From Eledone cirrhosa (Eukaryota), in the NCBI GenBank assembly GCA_964016885.1, contig OZ024740.1, positions 207,948,001-208,012,000 on the forward strand: 64,000 nucleotides of DNA. The letters run 5' to 3'. A model generated the notes under the pieces. The model did no database searches and was not told the DNA's origin. It saw only the letters and a program-made list of their open reading frames with translations. Positions 35,368 to 50,945 of the stretch are shown one piece after another; positions within the stretch are counted from its first letter, which is position 1; each line of letters begins with the position of its first letter. A program made the position numbers and the translations under genes.

Positions 35368-35545
35368 TCAAACACCACCACCACCACACCAAACACCACC
35401 ACCACACCAAACACCACCACCACACCAAACACCATCACCACACCAAACACCACCACCACACCGAACACCACCACCACACCAAACACCACCACCACACCAA
35501 ACACCACCACCAAACCAAACACCACGACCACACCAAACACCACCA
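35368..35545. repeat. 18-bp minisatellite (ACCAAACACCACCACCAC)n, about 10 units
   Basis: Direct read; abuts the 5' truncation point of the LINE. Confidence 0.9.
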
Positions 35546-36669
35546 TCTTTCTATCATCTTCGTGGACATTTTAGAAGTGTCTTTTGTCTACTATATAATA
35601 AAACCCTCTTGCATTTTAAACTATATTTTTTAATATTGGGCCTTTTTTATGTTTCGCAAACAATTCATTATTTTTTCACTTTTTATTTTGTATCTAGACC
35701 TTATCCTTAGGACTCATGAAGTTTTTACTTATATATTTATAGTATATATCTATTAAATGATCCTATTACAATAATTGATCTAAAACATTAATTTTAACAA
35801 TATTATCAGTAACTTATTTATTGTATTGTATTATGTTATGTTTAATTGAGAGGTATCATCTTAAGTCTTTGGACAATATAATCTTTGTGTATTTTTTTGA
35901 TAAACACATATATGTAATTTAAAATTCAGACCTTTTTTAAGTTTAATTATAAGGCCTGTTGATCCTTTAGGCACTCAAATTGTTAATAATAAATTCTTTA
36001 AAAATTATAACTGTAATTATTTTCTAAATTATATTATATAAACTGTTGTCAATATTATAAATAATTTTGGTTAAGTTTACCTTCGTGAGGTTGTAAAAAT
36101 ATTATGTTTTCTTTCTCGTGTTTGTAAATCCTTTAAATTTGATTTCATAAAATTTGATTTTAGAAATTAAATGTGATAGTATACTTTAATATTAATACAG
36201 ATACTTATTAACTTTTAAAACCTAAAATATTATTCATTACTCTGAACTAACTTAAATTAAATATTTTGAATGTTAACGGTCAACCAGATATGTTTAGATA
36301 TATTTTGCATATATGGATAATTGTCTAAAGACTTGAACATAAGTTATTCCTCTTTATCTCTCTCTCTGTAATCAACTCTCCTTTGTTTTTCTAGGCTCCT
36401 ACTAACTATATTATCCCCTCATCTATTTCTTCCTCTATGCTTTTATTTTCTTTCCTCTTTCTTCAGTAATTAAAATTATTTAACAGTTTATATTGCTGCC
36501 AGGTATTTTTTAAGCTTTCTCATACGCACCCTCTCTACTATATGTATTATATATTTTTCTCAGGTTCTCAATATTAAGGTATATAAATATTGAGTTTTTG
36601 TCATATATTACTCACTACCATGACTGAATCTTAACCATCTACTATGTCAGAGTATGTCATGCATCATCT

Positions 36670-36736
36670 TATTTTATCTGATGAGGACGTACTGTTGAAG
36701 TTAACTCAGTACCTCTGAAATATGTATAATAAAATA
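36670..36736 (+). ncRNA. Minimal hammerhead ribozyme motif (PLE type)
   Basis: TATTTTAT-CTGATGA-[GTACTG..CAGTAC]-GAAA-TATGTA-TA-ATAAAATA. Confidence 0.7.
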
Positions 36737-36873
36737 TACTTGATCACAAGAATATCTATTTTATTAATAGTTTGAATTAATATTAATAACTCTGGAAAAC
36801 CATAACTGTTGAGTGCTTCCAATCTATTGTAAAACTCATTCTTTGATTTATTCATTGAACCTTGTTTAACTTT

Positions 36874-36980
<107 letters not shown>

Positions 36981-37039
36981 AAGGTAAATAACAACGAGGA
37001 GTACTGTTACGAAAGGTGTTAGGTATTAGTAATGGAAGC

Positions 37040-37333
37040 ATGAATTGCAAAACGAAAAACTTAATTTAATGTACAACCTTCCCACAATGTAAAGAATACT
37101 ACATTGGTGAATCCGGAACGGGTCTACATAACGGAGTTCGTGTACATAAACAACAAATTAGAGACCCCTCTGTCAGAAACACCACATGCAGTGAACACTT
37201 CGCATCATGCGGAAAGCGAAAATTCACACTCTTCCCCTTCTTTAAGATATGGTCGGACAACGAACATTTCCGGAAATATAGTGAAGATTTCTTCATTAGA
37301 AAGTACAAACCGCTACTGAACACAAAAGAATGA
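37040..37333 (+). pseudogene. Penelope-like GIY-YIG endonuclease fragment
   Basis: Hand translation MNCKTKNLI*C...CKEYYIGESG...VRVHKQQIR...SEHF...FIRKYKPLLN. Confidence 0.75.
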
Positions 37334-37463
37334 TATTCCATCTTCCAATAACAGGATTCCCTCCTTTTTTTTTTTTAAATCACATATTGAAAAATGAAAA
37401 ATATCCAAATGGATGGCACCCGCACTTTCAAACATTGGATCATTGAAGAGAAGAACCACCCTC

Positions 37464-37498
<35 letters not shown>

Positions 37499-38115
37499 TG
37501 TATGTATGTATGTATGTATGTATGTGTGTATCTATATGTATATGTAAGTATGTATGTATGAGCATATGTGCATGTGTAAATATATGGGTATGTATGAACT
37601 AGAATATGTATATGGGCTGTATATATGTTTACATGTAGGGAAGTAAATATGTGAGCTAGCATGATCCACCACCACCAAAATCAACAACAAATATCAACAA
37701 CATACATTTATATCAACAAATATTCCAAAACTAACTTTATTTTTCTCTTTGCTGTCATACAATTTTTATCAAAAGACATGTATCTTACACCTTATTAACC
37801 CCACCAGCATCACCACCACCAGACGCACACACAAATTCATCTTTAATATAGAAAATTGTTAAAGTTATTCTTTATAGAATAAGAATTTGAAAAACTTCTG
37901 GCCATTATATTTTATTCACCAAAGGTCGTCTATTGAAATGGAACCAGCAGGAGGGCACTTTTGATGTGCTGAGGTATCAAAATTCAGGCTTTCTATTGAA
38001 ATAAAGAAAGTAGAGGTATGTATTTTTATTTGTGTGCTGGTAATTTGGCATTGATGGGTAATGTTTTTAGTGATTTCAGTTGTCTTTTGCTTTTGATTAT
38101 TTTGTGTTTCAAGGG

Positions 38116-38866
38116 CTCATTACTCACCAATGCCAAATTACCTACCACAAACCCACAACCAACTGTCAAAATTGTGGAACCTACACTCACCTCAAGACAA
38201 AATTTTGTTGTAAAAAATCACTTCACTTGCTCATCAAAAAATTTACTTCATGCCATTAAATGTAAAGGATGCAATGAAGATTATATAGGACAAAGTAAAC
38301 TCACACTCAGAAACAGAAGGATAATTCATCGCCAACAATTACGAAACCCTACCACAAGACAGATGCAAACACCGGGGCTAACGCCCTCTGGTGTTGTCCA
38401 GCAGAAGCAAAGGGACAACCGTCTATGCATTTCAGGCTTGACTGATCTTCGTCAGGACGGTCTCCTTGCTTCTGCTGCACACCACCAGAGGGCGTTAGCC
38501 CCGGTGTTTGCATAGCTACGGCTTCCTAATACCGTATTTCTTTAGAAATATGAAATTCCTATACATATTTGTATAAAGCTATGCTTGAAGCGAAATACTA
38601 TTTCTATTCTATTACAAGTTGAGCCAACTTATGCAGCTTCATATGCAAATGAGATTAATCACCTCATTTTCACAGACGAGAAAACTATATATTCTCGACT
38701 GTTTTCAAGTCCAGCAGTAGCAAGCGGTGGGAGGGACCGTCCTGGCGAAGGCCAGTCAAGTCTGAAATGCATAGACGGTTGTCCCCCTTGCTTCTGCTTG
38801 ACACCACCAGAGGGCGTTTGCATAGCTGCGGCTTCCTAAAACCGTATTTCTTTAGAAATACGAAAT
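38116..38866 (+). mobile_element. Penelope-like remnant: GIY-YIG fragment plus inverted and direct pLTR pieces
   Basis: FTCSSKNLLHAIKCKGCNEDYIGQ; inverted arms at 38362-38410 and 38466-38512; direct repeat 38466-38557 / 38787-38866. Confidence 0.75.
38418..38461 (-). ncRNA. Minimal hammerhead motif
   Basis: Minus strand ACCGTC-CTGACGA-stem II-GAAA-TGCA-TA-GACGGT. A plus-strand copy at 38736-38779 has the mutated core CTGGCGA. Confidence 0.7.
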
Positions 38867-38947
38867 TTATATATATATATATATTAATGTATATATATAT
38901 ATATATTAATATATATATATATATATATTAATATATATATATATATA

Positions 38948-38984
<37 letters not shown>

Positions 38985-39281
38985 TGTGTGTGGTGTGTGA
39001 TTGTAGACACCTGACAATTTTGGCAGACCTCACCAATAAATAGCTATTATTTGCTTAAAATAAATGAACCTTAAAAATAAGGAGTGCCCCCCCCCCCCCC
39101 CGTGTGAATTCGTCTATAGGTACCTAGCTTGAATTGTTTTCCGCCTTTGTTACTCTAAACATAGTTTTTAAATAGTTCCCTTTTCTTTAAATCCACCAAC
39201 CAATAACCTCCACCCATCCCAATCTCCACCCCCTCCTACCACCAGAAAATGTATAAATACCATCATATTGCTTGGACAGTC

Positions 39282-39332
39282 GGCTTCCTGATGATTTCTC
39301 CCGAATGAAACAGTTCTAGTCCTGTAGAAGCC
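39282..39332 (+). ncRNA. Hammerhead ribozyme motif with all three stems
   Basis: GGCTTC-CTGATGA-T[TTC..GAA]T-GAAA-[CAG..CTG]-TA-GAAGCC; predicted GUA cleavage triplet. Confidence 0.8.
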
Positions 39333-39419
39333 ATTTCTATATTAAATATATATATATAACTCTGCTATATATTCAGTACCTTATTTACGTTGTTTCCCCC
39401 AGATTGAACCCGTGATAAA

Positions 39420-39455
<36 letters not shown>

Positions 39456-39459
<4 letters not shown>

Positions 39460-40385
39460 TACTTTGGGAGGGTCATATTGTCAATAAGAAACACATGCAC
39501 CAGTTGCTTTCACTCCAATTTATTATAAATTCAAACATTTTTTTATTTTTTTATTTATAAATTTCCGGTTGATTGGTTGGTTCCACAACCGGGCAGTTGT
39601 TCATATATTGTCAAAGTTCTTTCGTCACACATTCTGTGACCTCTTCAGTGACTGGGGATTCTTTTCTTTGTTTTGTGCCTCTCCTTTGTTCTGTCCTATG
39701 CCATCTTGTTTTTGTGTGTGTTTTTATTTGTTTATTTATTTGTTTATTTACATGTTACTGGTTGGTTGTTTGTTCTATATGTGTGAGTTTGCATTTTGTC
39801 CTTAATTGTAAGTTGTGATGTTGCTATTCCATTCATGTTTTCTATTTAATTTTGGTTGGAGTTCATTTATGTTTATTGCTTCTGTGATTTGTCTAAACAT
39901 TGCGTCTTTTCTGTGTGTAGATTTTATTTTTATTTCTATGTTCTCTAATTTGCCCTTATGTTCTATTTTAGCATGTTGGTGGAGTATTGATGATTATTTT
40001 CTATCTTGAAGCTCTCGCCAGTGTTCATTTAACCGTTCTATTATACTACGAGCTGTCTCACCTATGAACACTATATTCCTATCTTTACACTGTCCTTCAG
40101 TACATCTTATGCTATATAATATGTTTCTAGTTTTACAGTTAATATGGGGGCTTAGTTTACAGATTATGCATTTCATATCTATAGAGGGGGGTCTTTGAAA
40201 AGGGTATCTATTACTAATAAGTGTTTTTATGGTGGTACCTGGTCTTTCTACTATCTTAATATTAAGTTTAAGTTTATCTAGGGCCCTTCTAAATTTGTAA
40301 GCTAATTCACCTTTAGGGGTTGTATTGATGAACATTACTCTCTGGTATTTATTGCTATCATACCATGAGTTTATTCTATTAACCT
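39456..40385 (-). mobile_element. Penelope-like element 3' part (GIY-YIG + pLTR) between (TA)n runs
   Basis: ORF 39994..40335: CxxC...CKTRNILYSIRC...FIGETARSIIERLNEH. Hammerhead at 39610-39652 (minus: GTCA-CTGAAGA-GGTCAC..GTGAC-GAAA..TGAC). Confidence 0.85.
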
Positions 40386-40411
40386 TCTAGCGTTAGACAG
40401 ACTTTATACTT

Positions 40412-41433
<1,022 letters not shown>

Positions 41434-41442
41434 AAAGTATAA

Positions 41443-41670
41443 AGTCTGTCTAAAGCTAGAAGGCTCATTTGACTGGTGCTTAACTCGGTTTCATGGCGTG
41501 AAGCAACTGAGAGTAGAAGACTCCTCCATGGTATTCATTTTCAGCTGAGTATACTGGAGCAACGTGAAATGAAGTGTTTTGCTCAAGAAGACAAGACGCA
41601 ACCCAGGAATCGAATCCACGACATTATGATCGTGAGTCCAACACCCATACCACTAGGCCACGTGCCTCCA
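41443..41670 (-). mobile_element. SINE family 2 copy
   Basis: Reverse complement of the 45108 copy (CCACTAGGCCACGTGCCTCC head). Confidence 0.75.
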
Positions 41671-41731
41671 CCAACACACACACACATACATACATATATA
41701 TATATGTGTATGTGTATATATATATATATAG

Positions 41732-41845
<114 letters not shown>

Positions 41846-41878
41846 ATATACATACATACACACACACATATATATATG

Positions 41879-41977
<99 letters not shown>

Positions 41978-41983
41978 ATATTC

Positions 41984-42017
<34 letters not shown>

Positions 42018-43012
42018 TGAGAGAGAGAGAGACTGATAGAGAAAGTGTTTTGATTAATATTATATTTTGACAACAATATCATTAATTCATGTGTAGAACA
42101 CAATACCCTGTAAAGGGAGTGTAATAGTGTGTGTATATCTATGAAAGAGGTTGTGTCTTCCTGTTGCACCAATAGAAACTGGTGTTCCGTCTTGAGACTT
42201 GGCTAGATATTGATAAATAGTGATGGGTGGGGTGTAGAGAAAGGAAGGAAATGAAAAAGAAAGGAAATGAAGACAGAAAGGGAAAAGAAAGAAGAAAAAG
42301 TAGTAAAGAAAGAAAGACGTCGAAGATAAAGCAACAGGGAATGAAAAAAAGGAAATACAGAAAGGAGAGAAAGAGAAACAGAATGAGTGAGTGAAAACAT
42401 GAAAGAAGTAAAGAAAGAAAGAAAAAAAGGAATAAGTAAATAAATAAATAAAGACAGAAATAAATAAGTAAATAAAGATAGAAAGAAGATAAAAAGTAAA
42501 AATAGCAGAATGGAAGAAGAAGAAAAAGAAGAAAGAATGAAGGAAATGAGTTTAAGTAAAAAGTATTTTACTTTGAAAACGAAAGTAGAACGAGAGAGAC
42601 TGATAAACTGAGAGAAATGGTGGAAGAGTGAATAATTTCTAAGGAAAGAAATTCCAGTGAATGTAATCCAACACAAACTACAATATATTAGTAGAATACA
42701 ATATATTAGTAGAATACAATATATTAGTAGAAAGAATGGAGACTCTAAGAGAGGAAGGAAGAAAGATAGTGAGATAGATAGATAGAGAGGGGGGGCAGAG
42801 AGAGAGAAAGAGAGATGGGAGAGTGTATTATTTGTAAGGAAAGAAAGTCCAGTGAATGTAAATCAACACAAACTACAATCTATTATTTAACAGAGACAAT
42901 GGTATCTGTTTAGGTTAGGTTACCATTTCCATTAATCATTGCAGAGAAAATAGAAAAAAGAATTTAAATATTTCTATCCCCTCCCAACACCACAACCACC
43001 CAGCTTCTATTT

Positions 43013-43051
<39 letters not shown>

Positions 43052-43131
43052 GATAAGCAGAACAAGTAAAATTCAATCAATTTTTCAAAATACATTAAAA
43101 AATATAATATAAATATTTACCTCTCCTAGTG

Positions 43132-43213
43132 GCCCTTACTGATCAGTTTCGCTTTGTAAAACCTCATAAATCCGATGGATTTATGATGGAAAACCAAAGC
43201 TCATCAGAGAAGC
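43132..43213 (-). ncRNA. Hammerhead motif in a PLE 3' remnant
   Basis: Minus strand CTGATGA-GCTTTG..CAAAGC-GAAA-CTGATCAG-TA with palindromic stem III; stem I weak. Confidence 0.7.
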
Positions 43214-44769
43214 ATTTTCCCTTCCTAGGGCTAAACGTCCCAGGAACGACAAAATATACAACCTCCTGCCAGCTAATAAAGGTCTGAAAGGTCGTAAAAT
43301 TGACCCGTATGTAAACTGGACCGAAGTAAAAGCGGGAAAATCAAAGACTTGCTGTCTACAATTACTACTAAAAAAATAGCAGCCAAGTAGAGCAACAGGA
43401 TTGTTCTCAACGGACGGAGAAAAGGTAGAAGTTAATATGTCCAGGGATACTCCCCCCTCCTTATCACACGCACACACACACCGCCACATATATACCACGC
43501 GCTCACACTAAACACACACCCTACTACCACCACTAACCCTCACCCCCGCACCTCCATCCCACCACCCCGCAACTAACATCACAAACACCCCCTGACCCCA
43601 AGCACACGAACACACGCACCCACTTACACCACCCACCCCACACGCAACTAACATCACTAACACCCCTCAACCCCACGCACACGTACCCACACACCCTCGT
43701 ACACCACCAACTCTACACACCCTACCACCACTAACCCCCACTCACACCTGCATTCAACCCTTTCCCCACCTCCCGTATACTAACACCCACTAACACCCCC
43801 TTCATCAAACTACTCACACACCAGTACACCACACTCCCTCCATCGACCCCCACACCCTTCTCTCCCCGCTCCACCCACACCCTTTCTCCACACTCACTCA
43901 TCCCACTAACACCTCTACTAATACACACACACACCCTCCTCACTCCAACTTTCACACCTACCCATCCTCGCCCCTTTACCATTCCACCCGACTGCTGCTA
44001 TGCCCTCTGACCACCTCCCAGCACGAACAGTCACACAGCACTCCCACCGCCTTGACCACTTCCTGTTGCGCGCGCACCCCACATCTCTCCCCTTCCGACC
44101 ATCTCTTCATGGAATACTCGTATGTGGAACTTGACCACCGTGGAATCTACTAACATCATAGGAGTTTACCAACATTTCAACCTCATCCTCTTACGGAATC
44201 ACCTATATAACTCACCCACACACACACCCCAAAAAATGTTTTTTCTCCCACACGCCACCTACACCCACAACACGCTTAAACCCCACACACACGTGCTTTC
44301 CACCACATATATACAGCCTCCGGATTCCTCTCCCCCATCCCTCTATCCACACACGCACAGACACTCCGACCTACACCCCACCCCACACACACCTCTTCCT
44401 GAACATGCAACCCCGTTCTTCCCCCAACCCTTGCTTTCACATACACACACACGCACACACACGTACACCTACACACACACACCACCTTCAGCCCTCCCCG
44501 CTCGGACACCCCGTCTCCCTCTCCCCACTCCACCTGCCACCACCCCTACACATCCCACACCCTTCCACCACCTGTTTTACCCCTTTTTAATTTCAGTTTA
44601 TTTTGATCATGCTTTTATATTTATTTTTATTTCATTTCATTTTATTTTGATCATGCTTTATTTTTATTTTTATTTTTAATTTCATTCGCACCGTTTCCTC
44701 CCACCCCCTTTTCGCTATATGTCTCTCCACCACTCCCCTACACAGCCTTTGAACTCTCTTCCCACACAC

Positions 44770-44810
44770 TTCTCACCTGAGGAAGGGCTTATGCCCGAAA
44801 CGTCGTTCCC
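44770..44810 (+). ncRNA. Hammerhead-like motif followed by AATAAA (PLE 3' end)
   Basis: CTGAGGA-AGGGC-TTAT-GCCC-GAAA-CGTCG-TT; stem I poorly supported. Confidence 0.5.
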
Positions 44811-44885
44811 CACCCCCACCCCACTCTCCAGAGCGTGAAATTAATAAACATTCGTTGTACTGTCTCTCTGTTTTGTTCCTGTTCA

Positions 44886-45089
<204 letters not shown>

Positions 45090-45107
45090 GTGTGTGTGTG
45101 TGTGTGT

Positions 45108-45352
45108 GGAGGCACGTGGCCTAGTGGTAAGCGTGTTGGGCTTACGATCATAGTGTCGTGGGCTCGATTCCTGGATTGCGTGTTGTGTTCTTGAGCAAAA
45201 CACTTCATTTCACGTTGCTCCAGTATACTCAGCTGAAAATGAGTACCTGCAATAGCTGGAGGTTTAACCCTGCGATGGACTGGCCCCCTGTCCAGAAGGG
45301 AGCCTCGTACTCTCAGTCGCTTCACGCCATGAAACCGGGATAAGCACCGACC
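45108..45352 (+). mobile_element. SINE family 2, full-length copy
   Basis: A box TGGCCTAGTGG, B box GGCTCGATTCC, CORE-like body. Confidence 0.8.
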
Positions 45353-45715
45353 AAACGAAATAATATTTTTATAATAATTATTTCTGAAGACAGAATATAT
45401 ATGTGTAGGTATGTATATTCCCTCTGATAGTTTGTACAATTTTTACATAGATCTATATGATATACATACCAACACACACATATATATCCTAGAAACGATC
45501 GTAAAATGATGATTTTTTTAATATAAGGAACTGTTTCTCTGTTTTTATTCATTATTTTTATTAATTTATCTTGACTCTGTTTTCGTGTGTTTTTCATCGA
45601 AAAAATTTTGAATACATCTTCTCTTTTCATGATATTTGGATTACATTGAGTTCTTCATACGGATTGGACACTACCGTATATTTTGGTAGATTTATCTACA
45701 TATATATATATATAT

Positions 45716-46675
45716 AAGACGTAAAATAAGAAAATTTCTTTAAAAAAAATTTTTTTTTAAATTAACTTACTTACTTAAATTTTCACTCCAACTAATTAGT
45801 TTCTGCAATGGGATAAAGACAGTTACGTAATGAACTGTTGAGAATTTCATTGCGTCATCAGGGAGGTCATTCTCAGCCGAGTCTCCAGGCGATGCGCGGA
45901 CACTGGGGACTCATATAAAAATAATAATAATTCGGCAACTGGAAGTAAGTTAATTTTAAAAAAAAAATTTTTTTAAGAAATTTTCTTATTTTACGTCTTA
46001 TATATTATTGTTCTGCATTCTCCTGCATTGAACCACCTAGGTACTATGACATAACCTGTGTATTTGCTGGCATTAGCGTACATCTGTGCGCTTATGTTAG
46101 TAGATATATTAAATTATCTATATTTATCTCCAAATCATTGATTTGTCGAGCAAACCTGCCAAAACCACTTCTAAATTTTTTTGGGGGGTGTTAGTAGGCG
46201 TCTGTCATCTTACCATCCCATTCCTACTGACTAGCCTCTGTGTCACGTGATTGATTCTTTAGAATCGGCCATATGATCAGTGGCAGTGAGAATTTTCAGT
46301 GGCTGGAATCCAGTCCTCGATAGCTGTTCCAGTTGCCGAATTATTATTATTTTTATATGAGTCCCCAGTGTCCGCGCATCGCCTGGAGACTCGGCTGAGA
46401 ATGACCTCCCTGATGACGCAATGAAATTCTCAACAGTTCATTACGTAACTGTCTTTATCCCATTGCAGAAACTAATTAGTTGGAGTGAAAATTTAAGTAA
46501 GTAAGTTAATTTTTAAAAAAAAAATTTTTTAAGAAATTTTCTTATTTTACGTCTTATATATTATTGTTCTGCATTCTCCTGCATTGAACCACCTAGGTAC
46601 TATGACATAACCTGTGTATTTGCTGGCATTAGCGTACATCTGTGCGCTTATGTTAGTAGATATATTAAATTATCT
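45716..46675 (+). mobile_element. Second PLE pLTR unit of the 40498 family, with two hammerheads (45785-45865 minus, 46405-46486 plus)
   Basis: Homologous to 40498-41325; ~225-bp inverted 5' piece; terminal direct repeat. Confidence 0.8.
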
Positions 46676-46684
46676 CTCTCTCTC

Positions 46685-46797
<113 letters not shown>

Positions 46798-47129
46798 TTA
46801 TATTTATATTTATATGTTTATTTAGGTTTGTTGGTTCACCACTGGATAGAACTGGTCATTCCGTATGGTCAACCTCGATGTAATATTATGGACCGCACTC
46901 AACGCAATGCAACTCACCCGCTGACCGGAGTAGAAGCTGCTAAATGTTCGGTCGCCCTCATGTCTTTGATTTTCAGCCCCATGGATTTTTTGTCTATTAT
47001 ATTCCTTTGTTATATTTTGAATACCTGAAGTCACCGGATTCATACTGAACCCGGTCATTGAAATGTTCATAGTATAATAAACCTTTTAAGGAATTGCACC
47101 AGTCCAGCCTCCTGTTATTTTATAATATA

Positions 47130-47203
<74 letters not shown>

Positions 47204-47670
47204 CACAAGGCCCATGTGACTAATTCTCTCAAATATGAATCCACAACAGAGGGGCACACAGGACAAAGACGACTAGAAACAACGGAAAAATGGACATTTC
47301 CTTCTCATCAGTCAACCTGTGGAAATCTCTATAGTTTTCGTATATCAAGGTCGATACTATTCATACCAGTGCACATTGGGACACAGCAAAATCTAAGTGC
47401 ATCCACTGAAAATGAAGAGAAAGAAATAGAATGAGAGATATAAAAAAAGTAGAAAGAAATATATGGACTACAGTCTAACTTACAGACAAAGAAGAATGAC
47501 ACAAAGGCGTAGAAAAGGTAGGATGGTGGATTAGAGGGAGCCAGACTAGATGGTTTGTAGCAAGATTCCTCTATAAGCAGTAGCATAGGAATAGTTATCT
47601 ACTTTCTGATGATAGGACTATAATCGCCGAAATGTTATTTTATTTCTGTTCACAGAAGAATATTGTAAAG

Positions 47671-48001
47671 CAGCGTTTCTCAACCGGTTTCCCTCGGAAC
47701 CCTGGGGTTCCAGAAGAGGTCGCTAGGGGTTCCACGAGAAACAGTGATAAAAAAGCTAATGCATTTTTGAGTATTTTTTCTTTAATTTTATATTCCTAAC
47801 TTTACTACATATACACGTACGACATATTGTTGGAAAATCCTTGGTTATTATAATAAAGATTTCAACCTCTAAAAGAGATAGATATTAAAATTGGTATATT
47901 ATTCTTTAAAATTGGTATGTAATGATTTTTGTGCAGGTGTTCCCTGAGACATGAAAACTATTTCAAGGGTTCCACGAGGGTAGAAAGGTTGAGAAACGTT
48001 T
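47671..48001. mobile_element. hAT-like MITE (second family)
   Basis: Ends CAGCGTTTCTCAACC / GGTTGAGAAACGTT; degenerate 8-bp flanks TTGTAAAG / GTGTAAAA. Confidence 0.65.
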
Positions 48002-48779
48002 GTGTAAAATATTTGCAATTCTTTTTATTTCCTTTTTTTTTCACAGTGAAGGATCTTCATTATCACACTGTATTACGTCTACTTTAAATTCACATTAAAT
48101 CTTCTAATAGACGATGTTTTCTGGCAGAAATATATAATATTTATTTATTCATTTATTCGCAATTTTTTATTTTTCATTCCTTTCTAATAAACTGATAGCA
48201 TCAGCTTGTATATTGTCAAGTTCTTACTAGCTCGATAAACTACCGAGAAAAGCATGTGTCGTTTTTTGGAGGGGTGGGGTGGTGTGGGGGAGATCAAATA
48301 GAATAATTATAACAAAGAACACTCATGCTTTACTGCGGATTTAAAAACATCCCTAATTATTGTTTCTACATTTGGCACAAGGCTGAGGAAAGACAATAAA
48401 TCAAACCTATCACTTGACTAGAAGTGTATTTTATCGCCCGTGGATGGATAGATGGAGAGAAAACTTGCTCCCCCTCCCCCCACTTGCAAAATTTGAACAT
48501 AAAGAGTAGTAATAAATGCCACAAAACATTTTTTACGTAGTCGAGTTAACTTCCTTTGTTTGTTTTTTCCATTAAAATGTTTCTCCAGGAAAACTATCAC
48601 CAGGTACCACAATTTGTATACACTTTAACTTGAAGATGTGACTATCGCTTGTACTTCTGTGAGCTTCTTTTGTTAAAAAATTATTGGTTTCTAATGTAAT
48701 ACCACGTGTATTAATTAGACACACACACATACACATAGACACACACACTCAAACATATACATATACATATATATATACA

Positions 48780-48830
<51 letters not shown>

Positions 48831-48920
48831 TAGAAGGGCTATTTAATTTGCTGGAAGTCCGACAAATATAAATGTTTATAACTGATTTAGAGCACTCAAC
48901 AATTTACTGGAGTAAATATT

Positions 48921-49185
48921 CAATGATATTAAATAAATGGAAACTATATTTATAAAACCATATTTATTTTATTATATATATTTCAAGGGTACCAAGACAC
49001 ATTGGTACGCTATCCAGTGAAAATCCAACCGATAAGGTATGATTTTCATGGGTATGTCTCTATTTATAAAACAACCTGTATTTTATCTGATGAAAGCGTA
49101 CCAATGTGTCTTGGTACTCTTGAAATATATATAATAAAATAAATATGGTTTTATAAATATAATTTCCATTTATTTAATATCATTG
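48921..49185 (+). mobile_element. PLE end with ~90-bp inverted arms and hammerhead (49079-49141)
   Basis: TTTTAT-CTGATGA-[AAGCGTACCA..TGGTACTCTT]-GAAA-TATATA-TA-ATAAAA; arms 48921-49013 and 49092-49185. Confidence 0.75.
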
Positions 49186-49959
49186 TATATATATATATAT
49201 GTATACATATATATATATATGTGTTTTTTTTACACATTAGACAGCCAAACAATACGATATATATATATGTATATTATTATACAAATAAATATATTTATAT
49301 ATACGCATGTGTATGTGTGTGTGTGTTTGTGCGAGTGGGTGAGTGTGTACATTTCTTCTTAGTACTGTGTCGTTTGCTTTGTTATATCTGATTGCCTTTT
49401 GCATATATATATATATATGTGTGTATATATATATGTATATAAATATGTATATATATATGCAATAGGCATTCGTAATATAACTGCTGCGTGAACCTAATAT
49501 AACTGTATATATTTATCTCCTGTGTTTTGTTTGTTTCATTTATGAACTGTATATATACATACATATATATAGTGAGGGGAAGAGATTGTGTGTGTGTTTC
49601 CTTCCCCCTTCACCAGCTCTGTTTTTCTTTGACATTATTCAATATTTCTATTATCACTCTCTGATATAAAATCTTCCAGCCACATCAGTCAAATCTATAT
49701 TTGAATCTTTTTCTTCCATCATTGATATAAATGTAGACGTTTAGAAATGGCACCACCAAACCCATTAACGCTTATTAGTTATATACGTGATGTACTTCTG
49801 CGTAGTTTCCGTTTACCAAATTTCCCTCACAAGTGATTCGTCAATTTCAGGCTATAATATAAGATATGATGGATGGATGTGAATCTGTTTGGACGGGAAC
49901 TGTATGTCAAAGAAGTGAATACTGTGTAATGTATATTTATAGTTATACATACATACATG

Positions 49960-50216
49960 ATGATGGCTGCCCCCTCGTTATCGAGTATGACCATTACACG
50001 CTATAACACTATTAATAATTATCAATTAATGCTATCATGCAATGTCTGTGCGTGAAGATTTATTTTTAAATGAGGAAAGACTGTGCACTGAGCCAATCCC
50101 ACTCTCTGAGCGACAGTAGCTATAACCCGAAACGAAGAAAAGATCAACAACATCGGTAACTACTGAGCCGCAGGTTTTATATCGGAGTTATCCCAGTTTC
50201 CTGAGTTGCCTTCTCC
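49960..50216 (-). mobile_element. Partial, diverged RTE-derived element flanked by TACA
   Basis: Similar to 6005-6390 (GGCTGCC..TCGAGTA, CCCACTCT, ATATCGGAGTT); TACA on both sides. Confidence 0.55.
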
Positions 50217-50694
50217 TACATACATACATACATACATACATACATACATACATACATACATCTCAACAAACAGCATCACATATATTCAACATGTGAAACT
50301 CAGCTAGCAATCGTATAAAAAGCTTTACATCTCGCTCTATTGATTAATACTATTCAAGAGTTTTATCAACAAAGAGACGTTGATGGTTTATGCAAATTCT
50401 AATTATACTCCATTTTAACGAACGTATCTCTTTGTTTTTTATTTGAATTTACAGTCAAGTTTGAAATGCGATGACAACATTTTATTAAAAAACAATTAAT
50501 ATATTTGAATTTAAAATAGTGTTTTTTTTAATTTGTGTTTTATTATCCATTGTTTGATTATTGTTTGTGGGTCATAAATTGATGGAATTTAATTAAGAAA
50601 CGTTTGGATTATATTTGTCAATAAATGAAACCTCAAACATTGCTCCATGTGATTTAGTTGTGTATTGTGTATTTTAGTCAATCCATTTAACCTA

Positions 50695-50945
50695 GACTAC
50701 GTCTAATGTCTGTCTCAAGCCAGGAGGCTCGTCAGGCTGATGTTTATTCCGGTTTCGTGGCGTGAAGCGACGGAGAATAAAATACTTTCCCTGGCCAGGA
50801 CGCTAACTCATCGCAGGGTTAAACCAACAGCTGTTGTTGGTACTCATTTTCAGCTGAGTATAACTAGAACAACGTGGAAGGAATCAAACCCACGACATTA
50901 TGATCATAAGTTCAACATCCTTTCCACTAGACCATTCGCCTCCAC
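50695..50945 (-). mobile_element. SINE family 2 copy (diverged)
   Basis: CATCGCAGGGTTAAACC...GGTACTCATTTTCAGCTGAGTA. Confidence 0.7.

Noticed and set aside
35082-35710. His-rich (TKHHHH) or Pro-rich protein
   Set aside because: Translation of an 18-bp minisatellite plus the antisense strand of a LINE.
46820-47110. Possible host exon or viral fragment between TA runs
   Set aside because: No recognisable motif and no convincing splice context in the frames I translated.
47290-47640. Additional hammerhead cores (CTGATGA at ~47607 and on the minus strand at ~47305)
   Set aside because: The helices cannot be completed; at most degenerate PLE remnants.
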